From an uncultured Gammaproteobacteria bacterium (GTDB taxonomy: Bacteria; Patescibacteriota; Microgenomatia; Levybacterales; UBA12049): a DNA stretch of 54,104 nucleotides. Under the pieces are notes generated by a model. The model had not been told where the DNA came from. It saw only the letters and a program-made list of their open reading frames with translations, and ran no database searches. Positions 46,317 through 54,104 of the stretch are shown here, piece by piece (positions within the stretch are counted from its first letter, which is position 1; each line of letters starts with the position of its first letter). The stretch lies in assembly GCA_964408485.1 (NCBI GenBank), contig CAYOZJ010000006.1, forward strand, positions 1 through 54,104, read 5' to 3'. A program made the position numbers and the translations under genes.

Positions 46317-47672
46317 TTACAAACTTGCCCCTTTCGTGACGATAAATAATACAACACCAACAACGCTTACAGCAACAGCCAAAAGAGATGAAACAATAAG
46401 ACTATTACTTCCTGTTGGGGGAAGTGTCGGTTTGGGAGTACCTGACACAATAGGCTTTGTTGGGGTGGGAGTCATGGTTGGTGTGGGTGTTGTTGGTGAG
46501 ACTGTTGGGATTGTCTTTACAGATTGCGTAGGTGTTGCTGTTGGACTAACAGAGAGTTTCCCGCTTGGGGTTGCAGACTGGGTAACTTGAGATCCGCTTG
46601 CAAAAACAGTAAATGATTGTTGAATAGTATGTAAAATACCCGATGCATCTTTTGTTGTAATACTAATAATATGTTGTCCAACAGAAAGCGTTTGGTTTGG
46701 GCGATATGTCCAATTGCCATTACTATCAGTTGTCACTGTCGCATTAATTGCATCGTCTGAATGAATCTGTACAGTTACTGGTTGATTGGGAAGTGCTTTT
46801 CCACTAAATTGTGGTTGGTTATCAGTAAAGCCTTCATCTTTTTTTGGGACGATAATAACAGGTGTTGCATTGAGATTGTCTGTTGGAAATGCAGGAAATC
46901 CAAGACTTGCGCTTGTTGTTGAAAGAGGTTCTCCACTAGAAAGAAAATTATAATTATTCCCCAAAGTAATAAGAGGAACAGGATTTGCACCCGATAAAAT
47001 AACCTGCGCTTGGGATGATAATTTTCCATTTGTTGCAAGAAGTTGCATAGTTGATGTTGGGTTAAGTGTAAGAAATCCTGATGCATCACTGCTTCGTATT
47101 GCATTAAGAGGAATAATATAAATTCCCTGAGACGAAGTGAGTACGGAAAGCGTTTGTCCATTGGTTGTCGTTACGAAGACAAGTGCCTCTGCTGGTGGAT
47201 TCCCGTTGTCATCTAGCAGCTTGCCGGTAAAGGGCGCAACAGTAGATGGAGTTGTCGTGAGTACTGGCCCTGTTTTGAGAGTAAAGGGAGTGCCATTATT
47301 TTGGTATGTTGTTGCGCCGGATGTAATAGAAAATGTATAGTCTGTTTCTGCCTTGGTATTTTTAACAGAAATACTATGCACCGTATACGACTGAGGAACA
47401 CCAGATTGCTGATCCCGTTCATCTAAAATAGTTTGCGTTGTTGGAGTAAGAAGAGAAATAGTGCCAATGACTTTTGCATCAGTCTTGTAGGTAACGGTAA
47501 ATGATGTGTCACTTATATTTGTAATACGCACGTCTTGGGGATTGTCGCTTGGGGCTGCTCCGCCGAAAAGAATAACACCTGTATTCACCAAATATGATGT
47601 TGCCAAAACAGCGATTGCCAATAAGAGAAGTCCCGCTATCGTTGGAATTCTTTTATTGAAAAATGATCTCAT
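46317..47672 (-). CDS. surface protein with FN3 and Ig-like domains, PT-rich linker, LPxTG and C-terminal TM
   Basis: VRITNISDTSFTVTY, PQFSGKA.PN...GNWTY, TPT repeats, LPPTG plus hydrophobic tail. Confidence 0.85.
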   Translation of the reverse strand: MRSFFNKRIPTIAGLLLLAIAVLATSYLVNTGVILFGGAAPSDNPQDVRITNISDTSFTVTYKTDAKVIGTISLLTPTTQTILDERDQQSGVPQSYTVHSISVKNTKAETDYTFSITSGATTYQNNGTPFTLKTGPVLTTTPSTVAPFTGKLLDDNGNPPAEALVFVTTTNGQTLSVLTSSQGIYIIPLNAIRSSDASGFLTLNPTSTMQLLATNGKLSSQAQVILSGANPVPLITLGNNYNFLSSGEPLSTTSASLGFPAFPTDNLNATPVIIVPKKDEGFTDNQPQFSGKALPNQPVTVQIHSDDAINATVTTDSNGNWTYRPNQTLSVGQHIISITTKDASGILHTIQQSFTVFASGSQVTQSATPSGKLSVSPTATPTQSVKTIPTVSPTTPTPTMTPTPTKPIVSGTPKPTLPPTGSNSLIVSSLLAVAVSVVGVVLFIVTKGASL

Positions 47673-47989
47673 TGAAGACTCCCTCCTCCACTTGCTGATT
47701 CACTCGTTAAAGACCCAGGTGTAGGAGAAGGTGTTGGTGTTGGTGCTGATGTAACAATGATTTCTGTCTGCGAAGGTGGTTGTATCGTATTGAGTGGTAG
47801 CACAACAGTGCGTTTGTTCATTGCGTCAATAACCTTACTGTCAAAGGTTGATTGAATTGGACTAATGATTTGGTTAATATTTCCAGAAATTGTTGAGGTA
47901 AGTGAATTATGTAAAACACTGAATGCAATCCACGCGAAAATGACAATACAGACAGACCCGAGAAAAAATAGTATCTCATTTTGTTTCAT
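47669..47989 (-). CDS. single-TM protein in pil operon (PilP position)
   Basis: N-terminal TM, PT-rich tail; overlaps pilO stop. Confidence 0.65.
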   Translation of the reverse strand: MKQNEILFFLGSVCIVIFAWIAFSVLHNSLTSTISGNINQIISPIQSTFDSKVIDAMNKRTVVLPLNTIQPPSQTEIIVTSAPTPTPSPTPGSLTSESASGGGSLQ

Positions 47990-48615
47990 TGTGACAGTGC
48001 TTTAAAGTATGCCTTTCCTCGAATAGTACTTCGAAATGTTGTATCAATCTTCCCAACTCGGGTAAAATCGATCGTATCAAATGTAATAAGACGATTAAAG
48101 CTTCCCAGTGCATCCATATATTTTTGCAAAGATGATAAATCTCCTTGAGCCTCTATGATAAATGCATATGTAAGGTATGGTGCCTTCGCGAAATTAGAGA
48201 GATCGACAGGAAGTGTTTGAACGCGATTAATCTGAACATTTGATTGAAGAGCTATTTGGTGAACTTGTCCAGCAAGCGTATCAATATTTGGATTATTTGG
48301 CACATTCGCAAAGACAGGATTAAGTTGTGGTTGGATTTGTGCATAGACTGTTTGGAGTGTTGTCAGGTTGGCAATTTTCCTTTGTAGTGCATCGTTAACA
48401 AACTTACTGTCATCAAGTTGTTTCTGCAAATCTGAGATAGTGCCTAAGGTTGGACTAATAGCAAAAAGACCAAAAAATGCAACTGTAATAAAGGTAAGTG
48501 TAAGTGTGGTGAATTGTTGTGTTTTTTTCTCTTTAAGTGTTGGAACAATAGCCAAGAAAAGCTTACTTTCTTTTGGTCGACTTAAGTCTTTTAAATTAAA
48601 TGTTGGAAGTTTCAT
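47986..48615 (-). CDS. pilO: type IV pilus assembly protein PilO
   Basis: TM (FFGLFAISPT), coiled coil, VP..P, G....L..Y...L....RLI. Confidence 0.8.
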   Translation of the reverse strand: MKLPTFNLKDLSRPKESKLFLAIVPTLKEKKTQQFTTLTLTFITVAFFGLFAISPTLGTISDLQKQLDDSKFVNDALQRKIANLTTLQTVYAQIQPQLNPVFANVPNNPNIDTLAGQVHQIALQSNVQINRVQTLPVDLSNFAKAPYLTYAFIIEAQGDLSSLQKYMDALGSFNRLITFDTIDFTRVGKIDTTFRSTIRGKAYFKALSQ

Positions 48616-49172
48616 AAGAGGGGTCTTGTCCTTTCTTGTTTCACAAAGATTGTGAGTGAAATACTAACAACGCCTTCGGCTGTTTTATTTTCAATCTTAT
48701 CCAGGCTTACCCGATCAATGCGTGAATCAGCTTGAAGTTTTTTGACTAAATCGGACAAGAATGTAAGATTAGGTACGTTTCCTTCCATATGGATCGTTGT
48801 ATCGGAAAAAGACAGCGTTGTAATGGTCATGCTTGATGGAATCATTTTAAAAACGTCTTGATAGAGTTTTTCGCTTGTTGATACCGATGTTGCAAGGCTA
48901 TTCTCTAGCGTTAATCTATCCTGCAAGTTTCTGTACGTTGCTTCATTGCTTTTTAGTAAATTAACAATAGCTTGTTCCTGGGTAATTCGATCATGCAGGT
49001 CAACGAGTTGTCTATCAAGTCCAAAGCGGAATAAAAATGCTCCCAAGGCAACAGCTTCGGTAATAATCACCAAAACACGACCCGTGGTGAGAGCAAATTT
49101 AATAACTCTATCCGAGAGATGTTCTCCACGATTTTTGGCCAAGTTTATACTTGGCGTAGGCAATTTTTGCAT
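48612..49172 (-). CDS. pilN: type IV pilus assembly protein PilN-like
   Basis: SINL N-terminal motif, TM, coiled coil, IP....ITTLS....IHMEG. Confidence 0.72.
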   Translation of the reverse strand: MQKLPTPSINLAKNRGEHLSDRVIKFALTTGRVLVIITEAVALGAFLFRFGLDRQLVDLHDRITQEQAIVNLLKSNEATYRNLQDRLTLENSLATSVSTSEKLYQDVFKMIPSSMTITTLSFSDTTIHMEGNVPNLTFLSDLVKKLQADSRIDRVSLDKIENKTAEGVVSISLTIFVKQERTRPLL

Positions 49173-49181
49173 CCTACTTTT

Positions 49182-49210
49182 AGTCTAAAGGGATAGCCTC
49201 TCTTTGTCAA
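49182..49210 (-). promoter_or_regulatory. promoter of pilN operon
   Basis: TTGACA(49210-49205)-17-TAGACT(49187-49182)-9 nt-ATG. Confidence 0.65.
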
Positions 49211-49225
49211 AGAGGGGAACGTATT

Positions 49226-50383
49226 TTATAAATATTGTTGAAGCTGTTTTGTAAAAAATGCTTTATGTCTTGGAAAAGACTCTTGTTGTGTGAGGGAGAG
49301 GCCCCGTGTAATAAGAGGCATAAGAAGACTAGTATCATTCAAATGAAGAAGGGAAAATGTCTCAAGGCGTGTTTTAATATTTGATAGCTCAAAATACAGT
49401 GAATCCACATTGTGTGTATGGTGGAAATGTTGTGCTATTTTTTCTTCCACCAAGAAGGGGTTACGACTCGATCGTAATGTTCGGCCTTTGGTTACTGTTT
49501 TGCCAACATGTATTGCGTTCATAATATTTTCTTCTCTTTGGTAAGGAAGAAGTTGTAATGTAAGCTTTTCTGTCTGTACAATTGTTTCTTCGTCAGGAAT
49601 ATAACACGCTGCAGCAGCCATAAGTCGGAGTGATGCTAATTTCTCAGGATGTGTATTTGGGAATAAGGTAAATGCAGCATTAGCATGAGAAATAGCTTTT
49701 ATGAGCATTTCTGTTTTTGTCTTACTAAGACCATTAAAATACCATGTGTCTGCGAGAAGGACGTGTGCATAACCTGTAAGATTCGGTAAATGGTGGTCAA
49801 TACTTATTTTTTGTAAAAACTGAGCTGTTGCAGGAAGTTGCTGTAAAATTGTTGTTGCATCTGCTGTTCCTGCAAGAGAACGATTTTTCAATAAGAGAAA
49901 ATATCCATAGTTTTCGTAGAGAATTTTTCTCTCGTTTTCTGTAAGAGTTTTTGGATTCAGTTTTTCGAACAATGTTTGTATGTAATCATATTGCGCAATA
50001 ACAGCAAATGAGTTTCCTTGATAAAACAATTGCTGCGCAAGTCTTGTGCGTTCTTGTAACATAGAAATTATTTCTGTATGAGAAATAGAGATATCAAGAG
50101 AGAAGTGATCTCTCTGAAGATAATCTTTAGCTAATGCTTGTAAGAGATTGGATTGTTCTTGGGAATTTAGACCTAAAATTTGACAAAAAATAGATAATTG
50201 ATTTGGAGTAAAAAGTCGCTCTCCTGTAAGTACACGTGAAACTACACTGGAATCAATTTCTTGATATCCCAAGAGTTCCCACATGTGTAGTGAAAGATTG
50301 CTAAGGGAGATATCTGTGGCAAATATGACTCTTCTTCCATTTTTCCTGTAATACTTTTTTAATGAATCAGATAGGTATCCCAT
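49226..50383 (-). CDS. XRE-like HTH protein with long alpha-helical (TPR-like) C-terminus
   Basis: IDSSVVSRVLTGERLFT...IFCQILGL resembles an XRE recognition helix; remainder helical. Confidence 0.65.
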   Translation of the reverse strand: MGYLSDSLKKYYRKNGRRVIFATDISLSNLSLHMWELLGYQEIDSSVVSRVLTGERLFTPNQLSIFCQILGLNSQEQSNLLQALAKDYLQRDHFSLDISISHTEIISMLQERTRLAQQLFYQGNSFAVIAQYDYIQTLFEKLNPKTLTENERKILYENYGYFLLLKNRSLAGTADATTILQQLPATAQFLQKISIDHHLPNLTGYAHVLLADTWYFNGLSKTKTEMLIKAISHANAAFTLFPNTHPEKLASLRLMAAAACYIPDEETIVQTEKLTLQLLPYQREENIMNAIHVGKTVTKGRTLRSSRNPFLVEEKIAQHFHHTHNVDSLYFELSNIKTRLETFSLLHLNDTSLLMPLITRGLSLTQQESFPRHKAFFTKQLQQYL

Positions 50384-50398
50384 AGGTTGTAATCACGC

Positions 50399-50440
50399 AT
50401 GATAAACGCTTTTGACAGATGTGTCAATGCGTTTTATTTA
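50399..50440. promoter_or_regulatory. divergent promoter / operator palindrome
   Basis: ATAAACGC-tt-TTGACA-gatg-TGTCAA-t-GCGTTTTAT; minus strand TTGACA-17-TATCAT. Confidence 0.65.
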
Positions 50441-50461
50441 AATGATATATAGAGTGCTTCG

Positions 50462-51187
50462 ATGGAGCGAGTACGTCAACTTATACGCTTTGAGGTGAGT
50501 AAAATTCGTCAAAGACGAAATAAGTCCGGAGAGGACGTTAAAGATGCGGGGGTTTGGAATCATACTCACAATCTTCTCCGATTCATTAGAGAGCAAAAAA
50601 GTTCATACAGCATTACTATTAATGGGAATGAGGTTCTTGTGGATCCAGGTGTTTGGCCACCTACAACAGAATCTCGTCTCCTTGCTGAGCACATTCATAT
50701 TTCTCCTGCAGAACGCTTTTTAGATCTAACAACTGGGTCAGGAGTTGCATCGGTTATAGCAGGCAAGCAAGGCGCAAGTGGTATTGCTATTGATATAAAT
50801 CCTTTTGCTGTGAATAATGCACGAAAAAATTTTGACTTTCACAAAGTAAATGTAACAGCTTTACAGAGTGACCTTTTTGCCAATGTTCCTCCTGAACGGT
50901 TTGATTTTGTCTTTGGCAATCCTCCGTATTATGACGGGAAAATACGTGAGCCACTTGATCATGCTGTTTTTGGAGGAAAAGATTTTATTGTTAGACTTGC
51001 TACAAACCTAAGGCATTTTCTTAAACCAACAGGAAAAGCGCTTATCACCTATGCTGCGTGGTCTGATAATCATGAATTCTTTAAGCAGACAATGACAGAA
51101 AGCGGATATCAGTGCACACAGGTCGCATCAAAGAAAAGTGAGGACGGGGTGAGAACGTATTATTTATATGAAATAACAAGTAGTTAA
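50462..51187 (+). CDS. class I SAM methyltransferase (HemK/PrmC-like)
   Basis: LDLTTGSG, AIDINP.AV, SDLF, GNPPY. Confidence 0.88.
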   Translation: MERVRQLIRFEVSKIRQRRNKSGEDVKDAGVWNHTHNLLRFIREQKSSYSITINGNEVLVDPGVWPPTTESRLLAEHIHISPAERFLDLTTGSGVASVIAGKQGASGIAIDINPFAVNNARKNFDFHKVNVTALQSDLFANVPPERFDFVFGNPPYYDGKIREPLDHAVFGGKDFIVRLATNLRHFLKPTGKALITYAAWSDNHEFFKQTMTESGYQCTQVASKKSEDGVRTYYLYEITSS

Positions 51188-51195
51188 ATACTCTT

Positions 51196-51525
51196 TTATT
51201 TCTTTATGGATTTTTTTGTTGAGGACTTTTTGGCTTTCACTGTTGGTTTTACTGTCTTCTTCTCAGCTGTTGCAGGTTTCGTTGTTGCTTTGGGATTAAG
51301 CATATGAGCCAAACGTGACTTGATTCGCGCAGCCTTATTTGCATGCATAATATGCTTTTTTGCTGCTTTATCAATTAAGCTTACTGCAGCTCGTACTGTT
51401 TTGTCTGTTGGCGTCGCAACTGCTTTTTTAATAGTTTCTTTAAGTGTTGCTTCAACCTTTGCTCGTGCAAGAGTTGTCTTTTTGTCTTGTCTCAATTTTT
51501 TCTTTGCTGATTTTATTACTGGCAT
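51196..51525 (-). CDS. rpsT: 30S ribosomal protein S20 with Lys-rich tail
   Basis: MPVIKSAKKKLRQD...IDKAAKKHIMHANKAARIKSRL. Confidence 0.96.
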   Translation of the reverse strand: MPVIKSAKKKLRQDKKTTLARAKVEATLKETIKKAVATPTDKTVRAAVSLIDKAAKKHIMHANKAARIKSRLAHMLNPKATTKPATAEKKTVKPTVKAKKSSTKKSIKK

Positions 51526-51563
51526 GAGCCTATTTTACCATGTTATACTTAAAATCGCAATCT

Positions 51564-53219
51564 ATGAACGATATCTTCAAAAAAGGCCTCAATCTCCTTC
51601 TCAAACAGCAAACCAATATCTTGTCAGCTGCCTTCATTATTATGACAACAGTTATCTTGTCCCAATTTTTGGGACTTATTCGTCAGCGCTTTTTGGTTGG
51701 TATTTTTGGTGCATCTAATACATTGGGGATTTATTTAGCCTCAAGTAGGCTTCCTGATTTTCTCTTTCAGCTGATTATTGCAGGAGCACTTAGTAGTGCT
51801 TTTATTCCTGTTTTTTCCGATTTTCTCAGACAAAAAAAAGAGGAAGAAGGATATAAATTTGCCTCAACGCTCCTTGCCTTGGGTTTGGGTATTTTTGTTG
51901 TTTTGGCTGTTATTCTGGTTATTTTTGCACCCCTTTTCTCACATCTTCTCGCTCCTGGCTTTGATACGAATCAAGTAAATCTTATGGCAAATCTTATGCG
52001 AGTTATTATTGCAGGAGAATTGCTTTTTATTATTGGAAGCTTTTTATCTGCAGTTTTGCAGTCATACAATCATTTTTTTATCCCCGGGATCGCTGCAGCA
52101 CTCTACAACTTAGGAATTATTATTGGCATGGTAACACTTTCACCATGGATTGGAATCTATGCACCGGCTGTCGGGGTTATTCTTGGCGCCGCGATTTTTG
52201 TTGCCCTTCAATTCCCACTTATTATGAAAATCGGATTCAAGTTTCATCCGGTATCCTTAAAAAATGTTGCAGGATTAAAGGAAGTAATTAATCTTATGTG
52301 GCCGCGTACTCTTTCTTTGGCAATTTTCCAAAGTGGGACATTACTTACCGTTACATTAATTTCTTTTTTAGCAGATCCAGGAAGATCGTATGTGATTTTT
52401 GACTATGCCCAGACGTTGGCATTTGCGCCTGTTGCACTTTTTGGTCAGACAATTGCACAAGCTGCTTTCCCTGTGCTTTCTCGCCAGAGGGAAGATTTAG
52501 AAGCATTTAAAGCGACATTCATGACTTCTCTTTACCAAATGCTCTATTTGGTGTTACCAATTTCCGTATTATTTTTAGTGTTGCGTATCCCAATAGTCCG
52601 TCTTGTTTATGGAGCAGCACAATTTGACTGGCCAGCAACTGTTCTTACAGGACGTGTTATGGGATTTTTTGTCATCTCGCTCTTTGCGCAGGCGCTTATT
52701 TATTTAGTATCCCGTGCATTTTATGCGCTCCATGATACATTTACTCCTCTTATTGTTGGTGCTTTCTCAACAGCAGTTATGCTTGTTTTGGCGTTTGCTG
52801 CTGTTTTTTGGTGGCATTTAGGAATAACAAGTGTCGCAATTGCTTATTCAGCAGGGAGCATTTTCCAATTCATTGTATTATTTGTGATTTTGCATATTAA
52901 AACAAAAGGATTTCATAAGAAAAAACTTTTTATCACTTGTAGTAAGTTATTTATTGCAACATTTTTTACCGGATTTGCATTATACATTCCTATCAAACTT
53001 CTTGATGAACTCGTGTTTAATACGATTTATACCGTTAATTTAATTCTTCTGACAGGAATATCTAGTATTATTGGTTTGTCTTTATACGTGTTGCTTACGT
53101 GGCTTTTTCAGGTAAAAGAAGCAAAGACGTATTTGCTTCTTTTAAGACGACTAGGGAACTGGAGAGAGATTCTTGGAAAATCAGATGAAGTGATTGATGG
53201 AGCACATCTAAAAGTTTAG
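51564..53219 (+). CDS. murJ: lipid II flippase MurJ
   Basis: SQFLGLIR...FGA, RLPD...GALSSAFIPVF, RAFYALHDT.TP. Confidence 0.94.
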   Translation: MNDIFKKGLNLLLKQQTNILSAAFIIMTTVILSQFLGLIRQRFLVGIFGASNTLGIYLASSRLPDFLFQLIIAGALSSAFIPVFSDFLRQKKEEEGYKFASTLLALGLGIFVVLAVILVIFAPLFSHLLAPGFDTNQVNLMANLMRVIIAGELLFIIGSFLSAVLQSYNHFFIPGIAAALYNLGIIIGMVTLSPWIGIYAPAVGVILGAAIFVALQFPLIMKIGFKFHPVSLKNVAGLKEVINLMWPRTLSLAIFQSGTLLTVTLISFLADPGRSYVIFDYAQTLAFAPVALFGQTIAQAAFPVLSRQREDLEAFKATFMTSLYQMLYLVLPISVLFLVLRIPIVRLVYGAAQFDWPATVLTGRVMGFFVISLFAQALIYLVSRAFYALHDTFTPLIVGAFSTAVMLVLAFAAVFWWHLGITSVAIAYSAGSIFQFIVLFVILHIKTKGFHKKKLFITCSKLFIATFFTGFALYIPIKLLDELVFNTIYTVNLILLTGISSIIGLSLYVLLTWLFQVKEAKTYLLLLRRLGNWREILGKSDEVIDGAHLKV

Positions 53220-53959
53220 CTAGTAAAAAATTGTACAATTTGTTCTGCAACTTGAGATGTAAATGGTTCTTCATGAAATCCATGATTGCCACCAATAATA
53301 AGACTGAATTTTTTATTTGGGTTTAATAGTTTTTCGAAAACTTCAACAACCGGTTGATGTGCCACCCGCTCATCGCTATCGCCATGAACAATAAGTAAAT
53401 CATTTTTGTAACGCTCTAATTCTTTATATGGAGTAAATCTTTTAAGCTCTTCAAATAACTTTTTTCCCAATCTAAATTTTCTGCTTCCGGACTCAATATA
53501 TCCCTGTGTTTCAAGAAGGTGTAGTTGAGGTAAATAATGTTTTGTCACTGTGCGATCATAATCAAGTGCAGGGTTAGAAAGAAGTAGCTTTTTAATTTTT
53601 GGATGTTTGACTGCGTATAATACTGCTGCACCAGCGCCAAAACTTGCTCCTGCTAAATAAATTGTTTTTGCTCCCTGGTCTTTTAAGAATTGTATAGAAG
53701 TCTCAATATCTATTAACTGCCCAGTAATAGTGAAATCATTTGCTGAATCACCAGATGATTTTCCATGTCCGCGAAAATCAAAGAGAAGAGTGGAAAATCC
53801 TTTTTCATTTAGCTCTTCGGCCGCTTTTACAAATGGTTCTTCTCCTTCTTTATACCACCTGAGTCCATGGAAAAATACAATACCTATGCTATTTGTTCCT
53901 TTACGATAAAGCGCATCCAAATCAAAGTTATCGGGAGTATGAAGGATAATATGTTTCAT
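53216..53959 (-). CDS. alpha/beta hydrolase
   Basis: FHG, FDFRGHGKS, GASFG nucleophile, HGDSDERV, GNH; TGaTATAAT 7 nt before ATG. Confidence 0.92.
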   Translation of the reverse strand: MKHIILHTPDNFDLDALYRKGTNSIGIVFFHGLRWYKEGEEPFVKAAEELNEKGFSTLLFDFRGHGKSSGDSANDFTITGQLIDIETSIQFLKDQGAKTIYLAGASFGAGAAVLYAVKHPKIKKLLLSNPALDYDRTVTKHYLPQLHLLETQGYIESGSRKFRLGKKLFEELKRFTPYKELERYKNDLLIVHGDSDERVAHQPVVEVFEKLLNPNKKFSLIIGGNHGFHEEPFTSQVAEQIVQFFTS

Positions 53960-54005
53960 AGTTTGGATTATATCATTTAGCCTCGAATTTTGGTAAAATG
54001 AATTC

Positions 54006-54104
54006 ATGACAGATCAAAAATTCATCCGCAATTTTGCCATTATTGCTCATATTGACCACGGAAAATCGACATTATCAGACAGGTTTTTAGAAATTACCAA
54101 TACC
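54006..54104 (+). CDS. lepA: elongation factor 4 (5' part, truncated by window end)
   Basis: [31 protein letters not shown]; TGgTAAAAT 6 nt before ATG. Confidence 0.93.
   Translation, partial: MTDQKFIRNFAIIAHIDHGKSTLSDRFLEITNT

Noticed and set aside
50462-51187. Restriction-modification DNA methyltransferase
   Set aside because: Short HemK-like layout with no evident target-recognition domain and no adjacent nuclease; NPPY is shared with protein and RNA methyltransferases
1097-53295. Many alternative-frame and antisense ORFs in the track (e.g. 4554-4952, 15473-15934, 22995-23456, 37941-38417, 51320-51718)
   Set aside because: They overlap well-supported genes and lack motifs or initiation signals
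1-54104. Alternative genetic code 25, diversity-generating retroelement, prophage, intein or intron
   Set aside because: Conserved genes are intact under code 11 and several end in TGA; no reverse transcriptase, TR/VR pair, phage genes or splicing motifs were seen

Overview
AT-rich, gene-dense bacterial chromosome segment in genetic code 11. It is most consistent with a Patescibacteria/CPR (Microgenomates-like) genome; this is an inference from gene content, promoter style and long AAGGAGGTGA ribosome-binding sites. Positions 1-20 kb are an accessory mosaic of small stress and detoxification genes (VOC, DUF1801, YdeI/OmdA, RibD-C, YciI, HIT, ArsR-SRPBCC, NUDIX, PLD) interleaved with orphan ORFs that carry their own promoters. 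Positions 20-29.5 kb hold a MacAB-type plus MarR/HlyD/MFS/ABC efflux cluster. Positions 29.5-54 kb hold msrA, an APC permease, FemAB, uvrD/pcrA, tpiA, LCP, a GT-C surface-glycosylation operon, pilN-pilO with an LPxTG Ig-like protein, an XRE-HTH/helical regulator divergent from a methyltransferase, rpsT, murJ and the start of lepA. No rRNA, tRNA, CRISPR array, integrase or transposase was recognised. The strongest unexplained signals are: (i) a covarying GC-rich hairpin element present once intergenically (32818-32952) and once in-frame inside the DUF2298 gene (40396-40495); (ii) heptamer-repeat palindromes that also sit in-frame in proteins; (iii) a structured insertion that creates an ArsR-coupled 24-codon mini-ORF with a duplicated start region; (iv) pervasive leaderless-type promoters; and (v) orphan ORFs alternating with conserved genes. 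All family calls are from motif recognition by eye; no searches were run.
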